Shown piece by piece: positions 27,693 to 35,798 of a stretch of DNA of 64,000 nucleotides. The stretch comes from Halobacteriovoraceae bacterium (GTDB lineage Bacteria > Bdellovibrionota > Bacteriovoracia > Bacteriovoracales > Bacteriovoracaceae), in NCBI GenBank assembly GCA_002713145.1, contig PAVS01000017.1:3824-67823 (forward strand), read 5' to 3'. Made by a program: the position numbers and the translations under genes. Every line of letters starts with the position of its first letter. Within the stretch, counting starts at the first letter, position 1. Under the pieces are notes generated by a model, which ran no database searches, was not told where the DNA came from, and worked only from the letters and a program-made list of their open reading frames with translations.

Positions 27693-28989
27693 AGATTTTA
27701 AGCAAAAAGGTATAGGATTTATTCAAGTACTGGTTGGACTTGCAGCAGTAGGTGTCATCGGAACTTATTTAACTCAAACTATCTCCAATGATTATAAATA
27801 TTTTAAAAGTGAAGAGTATAAAAGTGAGATTGATGAATATTTAGGCCAAATGAGTATACTCTTGAGTAATCGAGAGGCGTGCATTAATAGTTTGGCAGGT
27901 AAGTCCGCACTTAATTCATCTGATTTTACTGAACTCAAAGATAATACCAACGCAACTGTTATCAATGACGATTCTCTTTTTGGCGTCACTGGAGTTCAGA
28001 TAGATTCTTTTAAACTTGAAGATCTGCCTGGTATGGATGACGGGGTAAACACAGTGCTTGGAGGATTTGGAACAACTCATTTGGTAGTTAATTTCGCCGT
28101 ACGCCATGGTACTTTTTTTGTTAAATCAAATGTCACGAGAAAATTAAAAATAAATACCAGAGCAAGTGCTACGGGAGAAGTTGATTCAACTTGCTATGCG
28201 GCTCTCTACTCCCCCGCTGGAGCTCAAAACAATCAAGGCACTATTTGGCAAAGACAAGCAGCTGATTCAAATAGTATCCACTATTCAGAAGGAAAGGTTG
28301 GGGCACAAAATCCAACGCCAACGATAGAATTCGATTTATTTGGAAAGCTGCAGATACAGCAAGATGGGCAAAACGAAACTCCTGTCATTATTCCTCCCTA
28401 CGATAAAATGCTCATTGATAGTGTCGCTTCTAATTATCTCTTGAATTTGAGTGCAAATAAGCCGCTTATTTTTAATATAGAATCGGGAGGGCAAGCAACA
28501 CTGGCCGCTCGTATTGCCTCGACAACAGGGGCGATGATTTTAGGAAGTGGTGGAACTTGCAACGCCTCAAGTGAAGGTGCCATCCGCTATGGTACAGCTT
28601 CAAGGAGGGTTGAAGTATGCCGTGGAGGAGTCTGGCGCAGAAAAAAAGTGATCCGTTACTGCTTGGCCTATGACCCAGATAGAAATCCTGATGATACAGC
28701 AGTGAATGAATCTCGTTATAATAATGATGAAGGTGCGACTTTGAGTAACACCATCTATGGTGTTGAGGGAGAGGAGTGTGGACGTCATCAAGTCATTGAT
28801 CCTGACAGTCCCGGAGGAAATTTTAAAGGTACAGATAATAATCTCCACATTGTTCATGGTGATCCTGATGTTCCTAAAAATTTAGGTTCAAGAGATTCCG
28901 ACCAAGTCTTGCGTTTTGATGACTCTGATCACTGGACACCTTGTTATAACACGAGAAACTGTCGCGACTGGATTCCCGCACATCAATAA
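27685..28989 (+). CDS. Type IV pilin-like protein, paralogue 3 (Gln at +5) with an extra C-terminal extension
   Basis: The ATG at 27685 sits in an ATGAATAA overlap with the paralogue 2 stop. The leader is MNKDFKQKG|IGFIQVLVGLAAVGVIG. It shares paralogue motifs and carries a ~110-aa Asp/Asn-rich, Cys-containing tail. Confidence 0.7.
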   Translation: MNKDFKQKGIGFIQVLVGLAAVGVIGTYLTQTISNDYKYFKSEEYKSEIDEYLGQMSILLSNREACINSLAGKSALNSSDFTELKDNTNATVINDDSLFGVTGVQIDSFKLEDLPGMDDGVNTVLGGFGTTHLVVNFAVRHGTFFVKSNVTRKLKINTRASATGEVDSTCYAALYSPAGAQNNQGTIWQRQAADSNSIHYSEGKVGAQNPTPTIEFDLFGKLQIQQDGQNETPVIIPPYDKMLIDSVASNYLLNLSANKPLIFNIESGGQATLAARIASTTGAMILGSGGTCNASSEGAIRYGTASRRVEVCRGGVWRRKKVIRYCLAYDPDRNPDDTAVNESRYNNDEGATLSNTIYGVEGEECGRHQVIDPDSPGGNFKGTDNNLHIVHGDPDVPKNLGSRDSDQVLRFDDSDHWTPCYNTRNCRDWIPAHQ

Positions 28990-29945
28990 TGTTGGGCGAG
29001 TTCATCTAGTTGATCAGAGTTTGATCCTACTAGAAAATACGCCTGAAATTTATTATTTTCTGGAGACAGTGAGAAAACTTGCGAGCTATTTTCAGTTTTT
29101 AATTTTTTGGTCGATAATAAAAAATGAACATACTGCTCATTGGGGAAATATTTTTCTTTAAATCTGTAGGTAAAATAGCCCATACTTTTTCGCATATTAA
29201 TTTCACTTATAGGTTGGAGTTTTACCTGTTCATCCTCTAGATAGTAAAATGAATCGAGAGAGCAAACTCCAGGATAAAACCTAATCAATTGAAAAACTTC
29301 TTTAAGCATTTTTTGATAAAGCTCATGTTGAGATTTGACTGGGTTTTCAGGGGTGATCCGAGTGCCTTTATATTGAAAGCGCCTATCGACAAAGTTTTCA
29401 TAACAGCAAAGAACCTGATTATTTTCTATAAGCGTAGAGAAGTCACTCACTCTGTTTAGCTTCTTTTCTTTAATTAATAAGTGGTTTTTGAGTGCTGATT
29501 CACATTTCGTTTTATCTTGTGGATATTGGTAATGGCCGAGACCTGAAAAAGAGTAAGGAAATTTGTAGATATACCCCTCTTCTAGCTCTCGGGGATGATC
29601 AATCAGTTGCACCTCGTGTTGTATCAGTCCAAGATCTTTAAACTTCAATAAGATGGTCTTAGATTGGAGCTCTTTGACTCTGACATCAACATTATAATTT
29701 TGCCCCCAAGCTTGTACATTTTTTTTATCTTGAGTGGTTTTAAAGGATTTGCCTGTTATTTTCTCAAAGCGATAAGAGAACTCATCATCGTAATTCTTGA
29801 GAGTATATATTTGGTCATCAGGATGCAAATAGTTGATCAGGTATTCAAACTCTTGATTGAGAGCAAGGGACTGAAAAGGTTCAAATGGACTTTCAAATAA
29901 ACTCTTTTCAAAATCAGCATTAAAAAACCAGGTTTTCACTTCCAC
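28983..29945 (-). CDS. ATP-grasp-like hypothetical enzyme
   Basis: YKFPYSFSGLGH, KEKKLNRVSDFS and LQPISEINMRKSMG resemble the K..SG.G, E...R.DFS and E(I/V)N.R..MG layout of ATP-grasp ligases. It overlaps the upstream DUF455 gene by 10 nt. Confidence 0.45.
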   Translation of the reverse strand: MEVKTWFFNADFEKSLFESPFEPFQSLALNQEFEYLINYLHPDDQIYTLKNYDDEFSYRFEKITGKSFKTTQDKKNVQAWGQNYNVDVRVKELQSKTILLKFKDLGLIQHEVQLIDHPRELEEGYIYKFPYSFSGLGHYQYPQDKTKCESALKNHLLIKEKKLNRVSDFSTLIENNQVLCCYENFVDRRFQYKGTRITPENPVKSQHELYQKMLKEVFQLIRFYPGVCSLDSFYYLEDEQVKLQPISEINMRKSMGYFTYRFKEKYFPNEQYVHFLLSTKKLKTENSSQVFSLSPENNKFQAYFLVGSNSDQLDELAQHY

Positions 29946-30748
29946 TCTTTTCTTTGAGTTACAGTAAAGTCATCCTGATAGGATTGGATCCATGAGATGA
30001 ATTCCTGATCAAGTTTAGCCCGCTCTCGAAGACTTGCTTGAAAAAACTGGCCTTTTGATCTGGCCGGGGTGAGGTTTCCCGGTAGATTAGATTGATAATA
30101 TTCAATAAGGGACTTATCCCCTTTTAATCTATTTAAATAGAGAGCTCCGAAACTGACGTGAGAGATCTCCTCTTTTAATACAGTCCCTAGGATTTCACTG
30201 GTTTTAAAATCATCTACTTTTTTAAATTCTTGTTGATAGTGAAAAGCAAAGTCTAGGTTTGCCGCTTCGAATGTTAGTGCCATAACACTGAGATACTGTG
30301 CTGGTGTTTTCAACAGCTTCATCTGCCGCCAAAAATAATCATTGAGGACAAAATCACCAAACTCGAAGCCCAATTCATTCAGCCTTTGCACATAGAGCTT
30401 TAAATGTTTTTGCTCATCTTTCAAGGTGCTCAAGATTCCTTTTTTAAATTGTTTGAGTTCAGGTGTATGATGGGGGTAAATCAACAACGCACAGGCCATC
30501 ATTTCAACTGCCAATAATTCATGATTAGCAAAACTATTGAGCGCCATGGCTTTTTTTTCATCCAAATTAAAATGACCTTTTGGAAATTTCGCATTTTTAG
30601 AGCTCATGGCAATCTGAGCGGATCTTCCTGGACGAGTGGGAACTTCAAGACAATCGAAATCATCAAATTCAATAGAACTAAAGTCTATGGTTTTATCTTC
30701 TAAATTTTTACCAAGTAAAATATTTTGTGCGAGCTGTGAGAGTTTCAT
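29936..30748 (-). CDS. DUF455 ferritin-like (MiaE-related di-iron fold) protein
   Basis: FANHELLAVEMMACALL, LKDEQKHLKLYVQRLNELGFEFGD, LTFEAANLDFAFHY and LKEEISHVSFG match the conserved DUF455 helices, including the E..H pairs. Confidence 0.7.
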   Translation of the reverse strand: MKLSQLAQNILLGKNLEDKTIDFSSIEFDDFDCLEVPTRPGRSAQIAMSSKNAKFPKGHFNLDEKKAMALNSFANHELLAVEMMACALLIYPHHTPELKQFKKGILSTLKDEQKHLKLYVQRLNELGFEFGDFVLNDYFWRQMKLLKTPAQYLSVMALTFEAANLDFAFHYQQEFKKVDDFKTSEILGTVLKEEISHVSFGALYLNRLKGDKSLIEYYQSNLPGNLTPARSKGQFFQASLRERAKLDQEFISWIQSYQDDFTVTQRKEWK

Positions 30749-30756
30749 ACAAAAGG

Positions 30757-33441
30757 CTAGCCTCTTTTAAAGGCATCTGCTTTGGACTTATTTTTTTTGC
30801 CCTTACTTTTTTTCTTCCCTTTAAAATTTCGGTCTTTATTGAACTTCCCTGAACCTTTGTTAGGTCCTTTGCCGGAACTTCTCCCCCCCCCACTCGACTT
30901 TCTTTTATCACCACGACCTTCTTTATTCTTTGTGTTACGGGGTCTCCCACGATGGGAGCGTCTTTCAGCAAAACATGTCTCACAAATATTATATTGATGA
31001 TCATCAGGAAGCTTGCATCCACATGAAGAGCATTTTTTTGAGATTTTCTCTGAAAGCAATTGATTGAGTTTTTCAATGGCCATCGATTTATTTTCATTCA
31101 GTTTTTCTATATCAAAACTAAAATAATTATTATCAAAATGTCTGGCGAGCCACTGATAGAGTTCAACGCATTTAATTGCAGTCTCAAGATAATCAATATC
31201 TTCATTCTCAGTATCGATCTCTTCATTCACAATCATGTTTTTACCTACATAATGATTGAGAATCCACACATAATATTGAACATGCTCCATTAATCCTTGA
31301 TTAACAGGAGCACAGGCAAAGCCAAAAATCTCGGCATCGCTCAAACTATTCATGGTGTCCGCATCTTCTACCATTTCTGCTAACTCAATCATTTCTTTGA
31401 GTTCAACACAATAAAATGGTTTTTCAAACGACATGGTGTTAAAAAGTCTTAAGAATTCAGAGAGCGATAAAGTCTGTAGATTGTTTTCTTCCAGGGCCAA
31501 GTTCACTGAGCGGAAAATTTCAAGGTCCGGACCCACCATGGCCAGTTCTTTTTGATCCAGGTCATGATGAAGTGCTGCTGAGATAGTTTCAAGCCCCTCT
31601 TCGACTTTGGCTAATGTTGTTACATACCCTTCAGGAAATCTTTTATAACGCCCGGCTCTTCCTGCTATTTGTTTTAACTCTGAGTAAGTGAGAGGGTATT
31701 CTTTTCCATCAAAAAATTTTGATATAGCAGAAAAAACTATTCGTTTAATTGGTAAATTCATCCCCATGGCGATCGCATCAGTGGCCACCATGATATCAGT
31801 TTCACCTTCATCAAATTTTCGAGCCTGCTCGCGTCGAACTTCCGGTGACAGTCGTCCATAGACAATGGAAACTTTAAATCCTAAATTTTCGAGATCTCTT
31901 TTATATTTAAGTGCATTACGCCGAGAAAATACGATAAGCGTATCATTTTTATCCATATCAACCAGACGAATTTTTTTATCCATCACACTGAGCTTTGTTT
32001 TACGCTCATAATTATGAACTTCTAACTCATCCCCTGTGAGTTTTAAAATTTGCTCAACAAGTTCATAAACAGAATGATCTCCACAGAGATGGATTTCATC
32101 CGCATTCATATTCACCAGAGCTCTGGTCCATGCCCAGCCTCTTTGAGGATCGGTTATCATCTGTATTTCATCAATAACGACACACTCGAATTCATCATGG
32201 AGCTTGGCCATCTCAATAGTGCTGGAAAAATGAGTGGCCCCTTCCACTTCCACCACTTCTTCTCCTGTAAGTAGAGTGGTTTGGCAGCCTTTATCATTCA
32301 AAGTATCAAAAAGCTCACTGGCCAGCAGCCTTAAGGGAGCCAGATAGCATCCGTTTTTTGCTTGAGAGAGAGCTTCGATAGCATTATAGGTTTTACCCGA
32401 GTTAGTGGGCCCCATATGGTAGATCACTTTTCTTTTTTTCTTGCGAGCATCAGAGTGAATCCAGAATTGACCTAGATAGTCTTTAAGAATCGTAGCTGAA
32501 ATATCTTTTCGCTTAAAGGCAAGGATACTTTTTACTAATTTAAGAAACTCTCTTTTGAGAACATGGGGTGCTTTCCAAAGCCCCACTCCCAATTGGGAAA
32601 AGAAACGATCATATTCATTATCCGTAATTAGATCGGGATGATGTCCTTCTTCGTCCAAAAGTCCGTTAAAAAAAGCGATTAATCGCTGTCTATAAATAAG
32701 GGATAAATCAGAAGTGTGACCAAAGCTTAGTTTAAAATAGTCTTTAATCTGTGAGTCTAGCTTATTAAGGCTTCCTCTTTTGAGTTTATATCTCACTCGT
32801 CCTAAATTTCTTTCAATATTTCTTTTCAGCTTGGAAACACTATCACTGACATAGGCAATATCACGCTCTAAAATAGCTTCTTCTAGGTTCTCAGCAGCCT
32901 TATCAATGAGTTCTTTTTGTTGATTAAAAACAATATCTCTTAGCCTGGCCCGGTAATCAGCGATACATTTTTGACACTGACAACCTAGTTGAGACTGTTT
33001 CAGCTCAAGGGTAAAGCTCTCTGAGAAAATCTGCTCTTGTGAGTTTTTGTGGGCATTAAAGATGCCGGTACACCAATCCTTATAAGAAGCAAGATAGTTG
33101 TCTAATAATAAGGGGTCTATTTGCTGCCCAAAAGGTATAGGAAATTCATTAGCTTCAGGAATAAGATACTCTTCTACAAAACATGTACTAATCAAGTTAT
33201 CTCGACTGGTGATCGACTTAAAAGTACCAAATTCTTTTTCTATCAGAGTTTCGAGAGAAGGTGCGTTTTTAATAAATTCCTGAGTGTAGTTACAGAAATC
33301 TTTTAAAAATTTAAGGATGTATTTTGCTTCTAAAAGAGATCGAAGATTATCAGCTTCATCATCAAGTGTTTTCTTTTGAAAAACACTTCTTGATATTTCT
33401 AAATTCTCTTCGACCTCTTTGAATAAACTATCTAATTTCAA
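30757..33441 (-). CDS. Suv3-like superfamily-2 RNA helicase with an N-terminal extension, C-terminal zinc ribbon and basic tail
   Basis: Walker A GPTNSGKTY, DEIQ box VIDEIQMI, TDAIAMGMNL and QIAGRAGR are as in SUV3/SUPV3L1-type helicases. The C-terminus has CSSCGC..x..CETC followed by an Arg/Lys/Gly-rich tail. Confidence 0.8.
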   Translation of the reverse strand: MKLDSLFKEVEENLEISRSVFQKKTLDDEADNLRSLLEAKYILKFLKDFCNYTQEFIKNAPSLETLIEKEFGTFKSITSRDNLISTCFVEEYLIPEANEFPIPFGQQIDPLLLDNYLASYKDWCTGIFNAHKNSQEQIFSESFTLELKQSQLGCQCQKCIADYRARLRDIVFNQQKELIDKAAENLEEAILERDIAYVSDSVSKLKRNIERNLGRVRYKLKRGSLNKLDSQIKDYFKLSFGHTSDLSLIYRQRLIAFFNGLLDEEGHHPDLITDNEYDRFFSQLGVGLWKAPHVLKREFLKLVKSILAFKRKDISATILKDYLGQFWIHSDARKKKRKVIYHMGPTNSGKTYNAIEALSQAKNGCYLAPLRLLASELFDTLNDKGCQTTLLTGEEVVEVEGATHFSSTIEMAKLHDEFECVVIDEIQMITDPQRGWAWTRALVNMNADEIHLCGDHSVYELVEQILKLTGDELEVHNYERKTKLSVMDKKIRLVDMDKNDTLIVFSRRNALKYKRDLENLGFKVSIVYGRLSPEVRREQARKFDEGETDIMVATDAIAMGMNLPIKRIVFSAISKFFDGKEYPLTYSELKQIAGRAGRYKRFPEGYVTTLAKVEEGLETISAALHHDLDQKELAMVGPDLEIFRSVNLALEENNLQTLSLSEFLRLFNTMSFEKPFYCVELKEMIELAEMVEDADTMNSLSDAEIFGFACAPVNQGLMEHVQYYVWILNHYVGKNMIVNEEIDTENEDIDYLETAIKCVELYQWLARHFDNNYFSFDIEKLNENKSMAIEKLNQLLSEKISKKCSSCGCKLPDDHQYNICETCFAERRSHRGRPRNTKNKEGRGDKRKSSGGGRSSGKGPNKGSGKFNKDRNFKGKKKSKGKKNKSKADAFKRG

Positions 33442-33448
33442 TTAAGTT

Positions 33449-34642
33449 TTATTTCCCCATTTCCACAGCGAATGCAATTCCTAGCCTTGCAAATTTTTCT
33501 GCATGGTCCGCTGTTCCGCCTGACCCAGCTACGTCAATTGTATCGTTTTTGGTATGGATATGACCATTAATATCTTGCATAGTAGATTCAAATGGCATTG
33601 AAGCTGGATACCCTGCATTATGCCAAGAGGCATGGTCTGAACAACCATATCCACACTTAGAGTAACCCCAAGATACACCATCTACGTAAGTATCAATCAA
33701 GCTTCCCATAAATTTCGTTTGAGCTTGATTAGTGAAATCTGTCATAAAAACGATATCGAGGTTTTTTGACCCTTTATGATTAGTCATATCGAGCTGAACG
33801 ACACCGACAACATTTTTTCCTTCACTCTTATATTTATTAGCAATTTCTTTTGAACCTAAAAGTCCTACTTCTTCTGCTGCATAGGCCATAAACTGAATAG
33901 TTCTTTTAGGCTTATAATTTGCATCCGCTAGAACTCTCATGATTTCAGTTATAGTAGAAATTCCAGAAGCGTTATCATCAGCACCCGGTGCTCTGGCACG
34001 ACTACGTCCAAAAAAACCAGCGATTGAATCGGCGTGACCACCGATAACAATAACCTCTTCAGGATGATCGGTTCCCTCAAGAGTTGCAATAACAGAAGGC
34101 TGTGGCCAAGCTGAATGCTTAAAGTATTCAACTTTTGCATCAGTTCTTGAAGCCATTATTTTTTCCCAAGTGGCTTTTACAAAAGCCTGAGAATCAACAC
34201 CCGTCTGGGCTTTATAATATCTGTTATGAAACTGAGATAATTTTAAAATCATATCTCTGATTCCAAATTCACTTACCTGTGAAACCATATTGCGAACAGT
34301 TTCACCTTTCGTAATTGTGTAGTTAAAAAAGTTTGTGCTTTTAGCCGACTTTCTGGTTTGGTGATCAGCTAAAACTCTCAAAGCCTCTTCCTTCGATTCA
34401 TGAACAATGAATCCACCACATCGGTTGAATTTATCATGCATATGCTTTGATAAATAAGGGATTTCTTTTTCATTTACTTTGAGTACTGAAATATCACTAT
34501 TCATCTTGATAGTTGATAGAGATTTCATAGATTTTTGTGAGCTTGAGACTGCGTCTGATCCAATAGTGATATAGATTTCCTTAGCCACTACGGATAAACT
34601 CGCCAAACTCATTAGTAGCGCCATGACGACTATACTTCTCAT
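33449..34642 (-). CDS. Secreted M28-family aminopeptidase (Vibrio/Aeromonas leucyl-aminopeptidase type)
   Basis: The start was chosen at the internal MRSIVVMALLMSLASLSVVAKE signal; the ORF opens at 34753. Metal ligand blocks are VIGGHADS, PGADDNASG and AAEEVGLLGS, with a C-terminal HT.ND. Confidence 0.85.
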   Translation of the reverse strand: MRSIVVMALLMSLASLSVVAKEIYITIGSDAVSSSQKSMKSLSTIKMNSDISVLKVNEKEIPYLSKHMHDKFNRCGGFIVHESKEEALRVLADHQTRKSAKSTNFFNYTITKGETVRNMVSQVSEFGIRDMILKLSQFHNRYYKAQTGVDSQAFVKATWEKIMASRTDAKVEYFKHSAWPQPSVIATLEGTDHPEEVIVIGGHADSIAGFFGRSRARAPGADDNASGISTITEIMRVLADANYKPKRTIQFMAYAAEEVGLLGSKEIANKYKSEGKNVVGVVQLDMTNHKGSKNLDIVFMTDFTNQAQTKFMGSLIDTYVDGVSWGYSKCGYGCSDHASWHNAGYPASMPFESTMQDINGHIHTKNDTIDVAGSGGTADHAEKFARLGIAFAVEMGK

Positions 34643-34753
34643 AACAAGTCCTTTGGTTAGATTTTCATTGCTAAGTAAACCATAGGGATATAAGAGTGAA
34701 AACAAATAATAACTAACATGTTGAATTCCCAATTGAACGTCCGATAAGTCCAT

Positions 34754-35272
34754 ATGAAAAAGAACATACTCGACTTAATTGATACACTTCTAGACAAAAG
34801 TGAGAATAGCCTCAGCTTAAGGGCACTTGAACAAGTTTTAAACTTTGGCATTCCATTCAACACGCCACATAAATTTAAATTCAACGAGATGTCCGAGCAA
34901 AAAACTCGGCTGGAGCTCCCCTTTATTAGGAAAAATAAAAATCATCTCGGTGGCATTCATGCTTGTGCCATAGCCACCCTTGGTGAGTATACCGCTGGAT
35001 TAAGTCTTATAAAATTTATGGGGATCAGTCGCTACCGCTTAATCATGAGTCATCTTGAGGTTGATTACTATAAGCAAGCAAGGGGTAAGGTTTGGGGGGA
35101 AATTCAAATTGAAAGTTCTCTTTTTCAAAATTCACATGCAGAGTTAAATGAAAAAGATAGGGTGGAGATTGAATTGGCCACTCATATACTCAACGAGGAA
35201 AATGAAATCATAGCCTTAGTTAAAACGAAGTGGCAGTTAAAAAATTGGCAAAAAGTCACTTTTAAAGGCTAG
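34754..35272 (+). CDS. Hotdog-fold thioesterase (PaaI/DUF4442-like)
   Basis: NFGIPFN followed by NHLGGIHACAIATLGEYTAG matches the PaaI/YiiD-C-terminal hotdog pattern. 172 aa. Confidence 0.6.
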   Translation: MKKNILDLIDTLLDKSENSLSLRALEQVLNFGIPFNTPHKFKFNEMSEQKTRLELPFIRKNKNHLGGIHACAIATLGEYTAGLSLIKFMGISRYRLIMSHLEVDYYKQARGKVWGEIQIESSLFQNSHAELNEKDRVEIELATHILNEENEIIALVKTKWQLKNWQKVTFKG

Positions 35273-35706
35273 CGATACACACACTCAAAAAGGGCTTGTT
35301 CTACTAGAGGAAGATCTTCCCTGACATCACCTGAAATTTTTATTCTCTCAAGGGGTCGCATAGAGATAACAGGAAGATCAGCGATACTCAATTTATGTTT
35401 GATATACTCTTTAGCCGTTCTCTCATTGCCATCAGTAAAGGGATGAATTTCGATAAACCCCAACCAAAAAATGGCCAATGATTTTATGAGCATTTCTCCA
35501 GCTTCAGAGCGTTGGCATAAAGTAAAAACCGTCTCCATCAGGGTGTCTAATTTTTCTTCTATTTGATCTGGTCCAATATAGAGGACTTGCTTTCCACTTT
35601 TAGTTAAGCAATACATATTTTGTGTGCGAAATAAATTTTGCTCATTATCTATTTTGAGCACAGCTTGATTGAGGAGCTTCAAGCGATTGATTTCTTCTGT
35701 TCTCAT
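35269..35706 (-). CDS. Fic/DOC-family protein with a non-canonical active-site motif
   Basis: HPFTDGNERTAK aligns to the Fic motif HPFx(D/E)GNGRxxR, with Gly to Glu and the last Arg to Lys. The ATG at 35706 is preceded by AGGA at 6 nt; the ORF opens at TTG 35760. Confidence 0.55.
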   Translation of the reverse strand: MRTEEINRLKLLNQAVLKIDNEQNLFRTQNMYCLTKSGKQVLYIGPDQIEEKLDTLMETVFTLCQRSEAGEMLIKSLAIFWLGFIEIHPFTDGNERTAKEYIKHKLSIADLPVISMRPLERIKISGDVREDLPLVEQALFECVYR

Positions 35707-35798
35707 AAAATGTCCTAGATTGTTGCTAACAGTTATAAAGCCTGATGTTTTTAATAACAACCTAAGACATATTATTTGAAAAATTTACTTAATCAATC

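Noticed and set aside
30708-31097. 129-aa ORF spanning the helicase 3' end and the DUF455 start, and the plus-strand ORF 30782..30997
   Set aside because: Both overlap the helicase basic-tail coding region. Lys/Arg/Gly-rich coding DNA leaves other frames open, and there are no supporting signals.
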